DNA from: a virus
Taxonomy: Duplodnaviria > Caudoviricetes
Direction: 5' to 3' (one strand)
Virus record (IMG/VR): IMGVR_UViG_3300043009_000039
Coordinates: 21,822 to 85,821 of that record
DNA: 64,000 nucleotides
The notes under the pieces are model-generated. The model was not told the origin of the DNA. It did no database searches and saw only the letters and a list, made by a program, of their open reading frames with translations. Below, piece after piece: positions 36,924 through 44,282 of the stretch. Position 1 is the stretch's first letter, and each line of letters opens with the position of its first letter. A program made the translations under genes and the position numbers.

Positions 36924-37691
36924 ATGAAAAAAGAAACAAAGAAAGCTACAAAGGGGGCAAAGAAAGCCACGGCAAAGAAAGCCGAAAGCGAAAGCACGGC
37001 GTTAACCGTTATTGCCGAAACAAACAATAACGCCGAAACTGAAACAGTCGACGCCGAAACAGTCGAATGCACGACGTTGGTACTTTGCACGGCAAAGAAA
37101 GCAAAAAAGGAAAGCGAAAGCGAAAAAAAGGAAAGCGCAAACTTTCGAAAAGCTTTCAAGACTGAAGCAAACAGTTACGGCGCGGCTATCCGTAACATGC
37201 AGGCAATTGCAAGCAAAGGAAATAAGCGGGCGCAAAAGATATTAGCCGCTTTCGGCTTGTCGACAAAATCGAGCGCAAAGGAAATTAGCACGGCCCGCGC
37301 CGCTATCTTTGCCGCGTATCCTTTTGCAACGGCTGAAGGTACTCTTTGCCGTTTTCGCTTACTGAATACTGAAGAAAGCGTTTTTTGTGGCCTGAACAAA
37401 AAGCTTTTCGGCGTTTTTGAGGCGGCGAAAAGTTGGGGCGAAATTCTTGATGAAAGCTACATTAGCACGGTTAAGGGCCGCGCGCAAGCTATTATCGAGC
37501 CGCTAACCGTCGAAAGGGAAAGGGGGGTTATTTCCTTTGTATACGCGCCTTTATATTGCATCGACGGCGCGAAAGTAGGCAAAGATTATAGCCGCGAATA
37601 TACGGCGTATCTTTGCGCGAAAAGCGACGCTAATAAAGCGGCAAAGAATGCACGCGCGAAAGCTTTCGAAGAAAGCACGACAAACGAATAA
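36924..37691 (+). CDS. Orphan Ala/Lys-rich protein (255 aa), divergent from the array
   Basis: Long ORF; upstream GCCCCTGCAGGGGC palindrome and AAATACTTACAATTATG start like the array modules; TACATTTG -7 box at 36864-36871. Confidence 0.8.
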   Translation: MKKETKKATKGAKKATAKKAESESTALTVIAETNNNAETETVDAETVECTTLVLCTAKKAKKESESEKKESANFRKAFKTEANSYGAAIRNMQAIASKGNKRAQKILAAFGLSTKSSAKEISTARAAIFAAYPFATAEGTLCRFRLLNTEESVFCGLNKKLFGVFEAAKSWGEILDESYISTVKGRAQAIIEPLTVERERGVISFVYAPLYCIDGAKVGKDYSREYTAYLCAKSDANKAAKNARAKAFEESTTNE

Positions 37692-37903
37692 AGCACGATA
37701 CAACACACACAAAGGGGGCAAAGATGCAATATTCTTTGCCCCTTTTCTTTTGCCCTTATACTACCTATTACGACGCCTCGAGCGCTCGAAAGCACGTACT
37801 ACCTACATACTCTATCTTTTCAACCACTACAAAAGGGGGGCTTAATCCTTACTTTTCATCATGATGAAACAATAGATACCTACTTACTTTCTCTATTGAT
37901 ATT

Positions 37904-37975
37904 CTCTTTACTCTTTACTCTTTACTCTTACTCTTACTCTTTTCGCTTTACTCTATCTATCTATCTATATATATA
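37904..37975. repeat. (CTCTTTA)x3, (CTCTTA)x2, (CTAT)x4 and (AT)n microsatellite cluster
   Basis: Directly visible. Confidence 0.9.
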
Positions 37976-39227
37976 CGTTTGTACTCTTTATTCTCGACAA
38001 TAGGATATTAGCTTATATGTTTCCGTTTGTTTCGGTTGGTATGTTTTCGGAAAATGTTTTTTGCAAGCTGTTTTTTTCGACGCCTTGAGGCCCTTTGCTT
38101 ACTTTCTCTTTGCCGTCTAATTACCCCCCTTTCAACGTCTATTTTCACGCAATTACGCCCCTTTATTGTCTACCTACTTACTACCTACTTTTGCCCCTTT
38201 GCGCCCCCTTTTCGGCTTAATAACGCCTACAATACGACCGCTTCAGCCGCGTTTTACGCCCTTTTCAATGCAAGGGGGGGGGCGGCAAAGCCAGGACAAA
38301 CAGGGGGGGCTACCTTCTCTCAAATTTTTTTCTGTTTTTTTTATTTTCAGGACTATCTATATGCTTCTTTCTTTACTGCTTACCTTTCTTGCAGATTTTT
38401 TTATTTTATTTTTTCATTACAGCTAATCCCCCTTCTTTCTATGCTAATTCCCCTTCTTTTCTTCTGAATTTCTGCGACATGATTTCTCGGATGCTTTGTT
38501 CTCGCTTGGGATTTTCTTGCAATGATACGCCTTGTTCAAATTTCTGCGACATTGCATCGGCGACAAGGGACTGCTGCGATTTTGGAACGAAAAAAGCGAT
38601 TGTACTTAGGATAGATAAAGCTATTAAGCAAGATTGAATAAATTTCAATAAAATTAACGCCAATCTATGATAGGGACGACGCGGCTGCGACATTGGGAGG
38701 CTGATACTATGGCGCAGAGCGAAGCAACGAGAGCAAGGACGCTGAAAAACGATTCAGGGCGCGATTTCAGACGTTTGGCTGAACAACCGTCCGACTTAGA
38801 CGCGATAAGCGATTCTGCGCGATTTTAGGGGGCTTTTCAGGGCATATTCGCGTCTGCGTCCGACTCTGCCGTCTGAATCGCTTGACGGGAACGAAAAAGA
38901 GGGCGCAAGGACGACCCGCCGAAGGAGGAGGAGCGACTGCCCGAAGAGCGAACGAATTGACGCAGGAGCGGAGGCGACGAGGCGGGGAGGGAACATAACG
39001 GGCGCGAAGCGGGCAAGCAAAAGAGGCGGAGCTTTTCTTTTTAGATGCGAAGCATCTTTTTCTTTATATAATATATATATTAATACAGAAGTATATGATT
39101 AAGTATAGAGAACTCTATATAGGAGAGTTTAATTCTTTCTTTTTTAGGGGGATGTAGGGGGACATTTTTCTTTCTTATTAGAGAACCTGTCAGCAAGCGT
39201 GTTTTTTTGTCGCTGTTTTCCGAGTGG

Positions 39228-39433
39228 AACTTTTAGGAAAAGTTGGTCTTTATCTTATCCGACCGCTGTTTTTCGGTTTCCTCCTCTTCTGTCGTGTTCC
39301 AAGCGCTTCATTGTCAGCCAATTATAACTTTTTCCAAAAGTTCGGTTCGTGTTTTTACCCCTCTTCTCCCGTTAGATTTTTCGCGTTTCATACGTTGCTG
39401 ATTGTCAAGCAATTGTAACTTTTCCCAAAAGTT
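39228..39433. promoter_or_regulatory. Three 17-bp palindromic operators AACTTTT-NNN-AAAAGTT
   Basis: At 39228-39244, 39326-39342 and 39417-39433. Confidence 0.7.
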
Positions 39434-39547
39434 GGTCTTATTCTGTTGTCGTTGTTTTGAAAATCGCAATATATTTTTTCTTCTTCGGCGTTGCTGTTTT
39501 AAAAAATCCGATTACATTTGTGGCATAACCAAAACCGTTTTGAACCT

Positions 39548-40168
39548 ATGGAAATAATCAAGAGAGAGATGTTCGGCGCCGAGCTTCGTCAGCGGGCCGA
39601 CAATGATTTTCTTTGTGTGACCGATTTGGTCAAGGTGTGCAACAGTCGTCGACTTGCCCGCGGAGGCGGATACGCGACCGTGCATCAATGGATAGCCAGC
39701 AAACAGACTTCCGAATACCGTGCCCTGCTCCGCCCGATTTACGGAGAAACCTATACCGCCGAACTTGGGCGCGGCAAGACCTCGTGGGCGCATCCCCTGC
39801 TCTTCATCCGACTCGTCATGATGTTTGAACCGAGATTCAGAGTCGAGGAATACCCTTGGCTTCTTGAATGCCTCGTGAAATACCGCCTCGCCGGGTCTGT
39901 CGAGGAGCGCGGATTTATCGGTGCGCTCTATGCGAACTCCACCTCGCAGTCGGCTTTTATCCGCGAGTACACATACTTCGATGCGTTGATTCTGAATGTA
40001 GTGGGCGCTCTGAATTGGCACGAAGCCACACCGTCGCAGACCGAATACCGCTTCGTCATATACGACTACATCACCCAATACTGCGGCGTGTTTTACAAAA
40101 ACAACATGGAGGCGGTGCGATTGGGGCTTCTGAAAGCGAAGGAATGGAAACTTTCTCTTACGGATTAG
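39548..40168 (+). CDS. KilA-N/APSES-domain DNA-binding protein
   Basis: LRQRADNDFLCVTDL...QWIASKQT...GRGKTSWAHPLLFIRL. Confidence 0.8.
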   Translation: MEIIKREMFGAELRQRADNDFLCVTDLVKVCNSRRLARGGGYATVHQWIASKQTSEYRALLRPIYGETYTAELGRGKTSWAHPLLFIRLVMMFEPRFRVEEYPWLLECLVKYRLAGSVEERGFIGALYANSTSQSAFIREYTYFDALILNVVGALNWHEATPSQTEYRFVIYDYITQYCGVFYKNNMEAVRLGLLKAKEWKLSLTD

Positions 40169-40216
40169 CCATTTTTACCTTACTGAAACTTTTTCTAAAA
40201 CTTTTCCTACATTTTC

Positions 40217-40247
40217 TTTGAATTTGAGAAAAGTGTCTTTATATTTG
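40217..40247 (+). promoter_or_regulatory. Bacteroidota sigma-A-type promoter for the ncRNA cluster
   Basis: TTTG (40217-40220), 19-nt spacer, TATATTTG (40240-40247). Confidence 0.8.
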
Positions 40248-40414
40248 TATCACCATTTGTAAGGATTGATTTGTTTCTCCCCGACGAGAACGCGGGGGGT
40301 GCCCGTAAAAGGGCGCAAAGTCATGAATCTGTGAAGATTATAAAGTTCTCTGCAATTTTTCTCCGATTTTGCCATGCGGTGCCGTTTTTTGATTAGGATT
40401 TTTAGGCATCGCGA

Positions 40415-40465
40415 GGGTGCGGCGCAGTCGGGCGCTTATCGGGTTCGAATCCCGCGCATCCACCA
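40415..40465 (+). ncRNA. tRNA-like element lacking an anticodon arm (ends in encoded CCA)
   Basis: GGGTGCG/CGCATCC acceptor stem, GCGC-AGTCGG-GCGC D-like arm, CGGG-TTCGAAT-CCCG T arm, ACCA. Confidence 0.7.
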
Positions 40466-40573
40466 TGCGGCGACTTAGACCTTCAAGTTTGTTAAGTGTT
40501 TAATTAAATGGGTGTTAGTATGCTTATCTTGATTACTTGGAGTATTTTGGCAATGGTCGAAGTTGTCGCAGAC

Positions 40574-40622
40574 GGGAGCGCCGCGCGGGCGGTCGTCGAA
40601 GGTTCGAGTCCTTCCGCTCCCA
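40574..40622 (+). ncRNA. Second tRNA-like element lacking an anticodon arm
   Basis: GGGAGCG/CGCTCCC acceptor stem, CCGC-GCGG-GCGG hairpin, GAAGG-TTCGAGT-CCTTC T arm, discriminator A. Confidence 0.7.
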
Positions 40623-40681
40623 CTTGGAATCAGGACATATCTCGACTGTCCTCTCGGTAAAGATGAAGAAACTCTATGTGA

Positions 40682-40731
40682 GAATCGTCTGGCGCGTGTA
40701 GTCGAGAACCGCGTTGGGCGATTCTTTTTTA
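40682..40731 (+). terminator. Intrinsic terminator ending the ncRNA cluster
   Basis: GAATCGTCTGGCGCG...CGCGTTGGGCGATTC stem followed by a T run. Confidence 0.6.
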
Positions 40732-40932
40732 AGCGGAAGTTTCAAGGCTGTCCCTTTTTATGAGGTGGTTTCAAACCACCCCATCCCAGAGAGGGGGGCG
40801 TCGTTTTACAGACCCCCATGAGTATCAGCGAACTAAATAAACAACCACATAAAAAAGGGCCGCTTTTGGGTGACTCCTTCTTTAAAACAAACGTCCGCAA
40901 GGGCAATGTATTAACTTTTAAAATTACAAATT

Positions 40933-41799
40933 ATGGAATTAACGAAATTCAAAGGACAGTTTGGCGACGTGAGAGTCGTCGTTGAAAATGAAGAACCGTG
41001 GTTTTGCTTAAAGGATGTCTGTGAATCCCTCGGATTGACCTCTAAGGGGGTGGCTCAACGCCTCGGAGATGGGGTAATTTCAAATTACCCCATCGTTGAC
41101 TCCCTTGGAAGAGAGCAGGTTGCCTCTTTCGTAAACGAAGATGGGCTTTATGATGTAATTCTTGAAAGTCGCAAGCCTGAAGCAAAAGCTTTCCGTAAGT
41201 GGGTGACATCCGAGGTTCTCCCGTCCATCCGTAAGAACGGACTCTATGCAACCGACGACCTTCTCAAAAAGACGTTGGACGACCCCGACTTCCTTATCAA
41301 CATCCTCGTAAAGGTTAGAGATGAGCGTCAGGCCCGCATCGAAGCTGAAAAGATTGCCGCCGAGCAGAAAGAACATATCAACGAGCTTTCCGCCGCCGTT
41401 TCGGAGATGCAGGTTAAGTGTGACTACGTAGAACAGATTCTCAACTCCAAGGAAGCAATCACGGTGACACAGCTCGCAGCCGACTACGGCATGTCGGCAA
41501 AAGCCATGAACAAGCTCCTTGCCCACATGAAGATTCAGCGCAAGGTAAACGGTCAGTGGGTACTCTACTCGAAATATGTGTCATATCAATATGTCGACTC
41601 CAAGACGTATTCGATTAAGGACTCGAAGGGCGGTCAGCACGCCGCGGTAAACACGCTTTGGCGTCAGAGAGGGCGACTGTTTCTTTACGAGGAATTGAAG
41701 AAGATTGGCGTACTGCCTATCCTCGAACGCGGTCTTGACTACAAGCTCGACCTCGACGCAATCCTGAACCGCGAAGTCGAAGATGCCCAATACCTCTAA
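40933..41799 (+). CDS. Phage antirepressor (BRO-N + KilA-C)
   Basis: EPWFCLKDVC...VNEDGLYDVILESRKPEAKAFRKWVTSEVLPSIRKNG; C-terminal ITVTQLAADYGMSAKAMNKLL...WRQRGRLFLYEELK. Confidence 0.92.
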   Translation: MELTKFKGQFGDVRVVVENEEPWFCLKDVCESLGLTSKGVAQRLGDGVISNYPIVDSLGREQVASFVNEDGLYDVILESRKPEAKAFRKWVTSEVLPSIRKNGLYATDDLLKKTLDDPDFLINILVKVRDERQARIEAEKIAAEQKEHINELSAAVSEMQVKCDYVEQILNSKEAITVTQLAADYGMSAKAMNKLLAHMKIQRKVNGQWVLYSKYVSYQYVDSKTYSIKDSKGGQHAAVNTLWRQRGRLFLYEELKKIGVLPILERGLDYKLDLDAILNREVEDAQYL

Positions 41800-41837
41800 C
41801 CCGAACCGAACAATCATTCATTAACCGAAACACTAAT

Positions 41838-42260
41838 ATGTACTATCCAAACGATGTGGTCAGCCGCGAGCTGGCCAAGGAGCTTAAATCAATAGGTTTT
41901 AAAGATACCGTTCGTTTCATCTACGACGATGATATTGTCGACCCTGACGAAGCCATTGTCAGCAGCAAGACTTTCGGCGACGACTACAATTCGAAGAGCG
42001 ACGCCCTCACCTCGGCTCCGACCCTTTACGAGGCGCAGATGTGGTTTATCCGCGAGCACGGGATTTCTCCCGAAGTTTTCTACGCATTCGACAAATGGCA
42101 GGGGGATGCAATCAGCATGAGCACCTGCGACTCCTACACCAACGAGTCCGGCATTTTCCCGACTTACCAAGAGGCGATGTCTTACGCATTGACCGTCGCC
42201 GCCGATACGGTGAAGAACCGAAACAAAAACTTTGAGAAGTGTTATGAGGCGCAACCGTGA
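41838..42260 (+). CDS. Hypothetical phage protein (140 aa)
   Basis: VSRELAKELKSIGF...APTLYEAQMW pattern; ORF in operon. Confidence 0.75.
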   Translation: MYYPNDVVSRELAKELKSIGFKDTVRFIYDDDIVDPDEAIVSSKTFGDDYNSKSDALTSAPTLYEAQMWFIREHGISPEVFYAFDKWQGDAISMSTCDSYTNESGIFPTYQEAMSYALTVAADTVKNRNKNFEKCYEAQP

Positions 42261-42699
42261 AATCAGATTTCGGGGCAAGCGCGTCGATAATAATGAATGG
42301 GTCTGCGGCAACTTCGTTTTCACCCGCAACAAGACTTACATCATGAAAGACGAGGATGGCGTCTGCGGACTCATGTATGAGGTGGATTACGATACCGTCT
42401 GTCAATTCACGGGAATGCTTGATATGAACGGAAACGAAATCTACGAGGGCGACGTTGTACAGCGCGTTTGGAATTTCAAGAACGAGTCGGGGCGTCAGTC
42501 AGGCATCTACGTCGGCGAGGTAAGAATCTACCCCACGCAGGGTACGGTCATGAAAGGCTTCTCCGCAGGTGACAAGATAGGCTCCGAGGTAAAACCTTTT
42601 CGAACGGTGGTGCGCCCCAAGCGATGCCGCGTTGTCGGCAACGTGATAGACGAGCCTGATATAATGAAACGCGAACTTAAAATATTTTCCGAAAAATGA
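42244..42699 (+). CDS. YopX-family protein
   Basis: REIRFRGK...TVCQFTGMLDMNGNEIYEGDV...VVGNVID. Confidence 0.85.
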   Translation: MRRNREIRFRGKRVDNNEWVCGNFVFTRNKTYIMKDEDGVCGLMYEVDYDTVCQFTGMLDMNGNEIYEGDVVQRVWNFKNESGRQSGIYVGEVRIYPTQGTVMKGFSAGDKIGSEVKPFRTVVRPKRCRVVGNVIDEPDIMKRELKIFSEK

Positions 42700-43319
42700 G
42701 AATCGACCTTCAATATGACGACCCGCTCGAAGCCATGCCGATGTTTGACGACGAGTTTTTCGATTTGGTTGTGCTCCATCCCGAGCCTCGCGATTGGGAC
42801 AAGCTCTGCGAGGAGGGCCTGATATGTCAGGCGGTGCGATGCCTGAAAATGACGGGCAATCTGCTTTGTCTGACAAGACAGCCTTACGACTTCAATCTTC
42901 GCGGCGAAGTGAACAACATCTTCCATTGCGAGATAATCTGTACGGATTCTTGTGCGGAGTCGGTCGAGTACAACGAGTACGCCATGCCGTATCCTTTGAA
43001 GATATATTGGTGCGTCGGGACGGCGGACTTTTACTACAAGCCCGCTCGGGGGTTTTTCAAAAGGCTCGCCTACCTTATCGAAGAAGGACAAGAGCCGCTG
43101 ACAAACATATTGGTCAAGAGCTTCTGTCCCAAGGGAGGCAAGGTGCTGGATGTGTTTGCCGACAGATGGAACGTGAACTATTCCTGCATGGCCTCTTCCT
43201 GCATCGCCGTAAAGACGGATTATTACGGCATCGCAAGTGACCGTGAAGGGTATCTTTGCTGTGTTGAAAAGCTGAAAAAGGAATGCGAAGGGAGGTATGA
43301 GCTTATAGAGCATCTGTAA
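42696..43319 (+). CDS. Degenerate beta-class DNA amino-methyltransferase homologue
   Basis: Order and spacing match (D)xLxxM...FDLVV[LHPEP]...LVKSFCPKGGKVLDVF[ADRW], but the DPPY and FxGxG motifs are replaced. Confidence 0.55.
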   Translation: MRIDLQYDDPLEAMPMFDDEFFDLVVLHPEPRDWDKLCEEGLICQAVRCLKMTGNLLCLTRQPYDFNLRGEVNNIFHCEIICTDSCAESVEYNEYAMPYPLKIYWCVGTADFYYKPARGFFKRLAYLIEEGQEPLTNILVKSFCPKGGKVLDVFADRWNVNYSCMASSCIAVKTDYYGIASDREGYLCCVEKLKKECEGRYELIEHL

Positions 43320-43369
43320 ACAGCTAATATTCAACGCGAAAAAACTTTTTAAAAATATTCCGAAAAATA

Positions 43370-43402
43370 TTTGGACTATTATCGAAATGTTTTGTATATT
43401 TG
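43370..43402 (+). promoter_or_regulatory. Bacteroidota sigma-A-type promoter
   Basis: TTTG (43370-43373), 21-nt spacer, TATATTTG (43395-43402). Confidence 0.7.
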
Positions 43403-43430
43403 AACATCGAAAAGAACTAATTCTAAAATT

Positions 43431-43817
43431 ATGGAAAGTTATTCTCTTTATGTAGAACTGACGGCCATTCAGGGCGCCAACGTTCAAACTTCCTCGGCAA
43501 CGGGTCAGCAGTGTCTGATTATCCCGCTTAATCAGGCCGACCTTAAAGTATCCACGAACGGCAAGGTTTATCTGAACCTTTCCATGTGGGCAAAGCGCCG
43601 CGTAGACCCGAACACGGGGCTTGACGACCGCGGTCATTCGCACGACATCAAGCAGTCCTTCTCGAAGGAGCGCCGCGAAGCTCTCCCGCAGGGCACTTAT
43701 CCGCCTTCGCTCGGTCAGGCAAAGCCTATTGCCGCAAAACAGTACCCGTTACAGACCGCGCCCGTCCCGCAGGGCTATGCTCCCGTGAATCCGTCAACCG
43801 AAGATTTCGTGTTCTAA
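43431..43817 (+). CDS. Probable single-stranded DNA-binding protein
   Basis: Beta-rich OB-like core, Pro-rich linker, acidic-aromatic tail TEDFVF; first gene of the replication operon. Confidence 0.55.
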   Translation: MESYSLYVELTAIQGANVQTSSATGQQCLIIPLNQADLKVSTNGKVYLNLSMWAKRRVDPNTGLDDRGHSHDIKQSFSKERREALPQGTYPPSLGQAKPIAAKQYPLQTAPVPQGYAPVNPSTEDFVF

Positions 43818-43829
43818 ACATCTATTGTT

Positions 43830-44273
43830 GTGAAGGTAAAAATCAAGAAGTTACATCCTGACGCCGTAATCCCGACGTATGCACACGCGGCGGATGCGGG
43901 TCTTGACTTGGTGGCCGTAGACCGTTATCAGGACGAGCACGGCAACATGGTTTACAAGACGGGCCTCGCTTTTGAGATACCCGAAGGTTATGTCGGCTTG
44001 CTCTTCCCGCGCTCGTCGGTTTCGAAGTACAATATGTCGGTGGCAAACTGCATCGGCGTGATTGACGCTCCCTACCGAGGCGAGGTGACGTTAAAGTTTC
44101 GTCCCGCCTATTCATTCAAGGAGAGAGCGAAATACGAGATTCGCATCTATGAAATCGGCGAACGCATCGCACAATTAATCATCATGCCTTTCCCTCACAT
44201 CGAGTTTGAAGAAGTCGAAGAGCTTAGCGATACGGAGCGGGGTCAGGGCGGTTACGGAAGCACGGGAAAATAA
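43830..44273 (+). CDS. dut: dUTPase (trimeric)
   Basis: AGLDL, PRSS, GVIDAPYRGE, GERIAQL, RGQGGYGSTG motifs. Confidence 0.95.
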   Translation: MKVKIKKLHPDAVIPTYAHAADAGLDLVAVDRYQDEHGNMVYKTGLAFEIPEGYVGLLFPRSSVSKYNMSVANCIGVIDAPYRGEVTLKFRPAYSFKERAKYEIRIYEIGERIAQLIIMPFPHIEFEEVEELSDTERGQGGYGSTGK

Positions 44274-44282
44274 AAAGATAAG

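Noticed and set aside
40415-40622. Canonical tRNA genes
   Set aside because: Only ~50 nt each with no anticodon stem-loop, so they cannot decode; reported as tRNA-like instead.
40508-40660. 50-aa ORF with hydrophobic N-terminus (MGVSMLILITWSILAMVEVV...)
   Set aside because: It runs through the second tRNA-like element and its start is buried in the spacer helix. Probably incidental, though not excluded.
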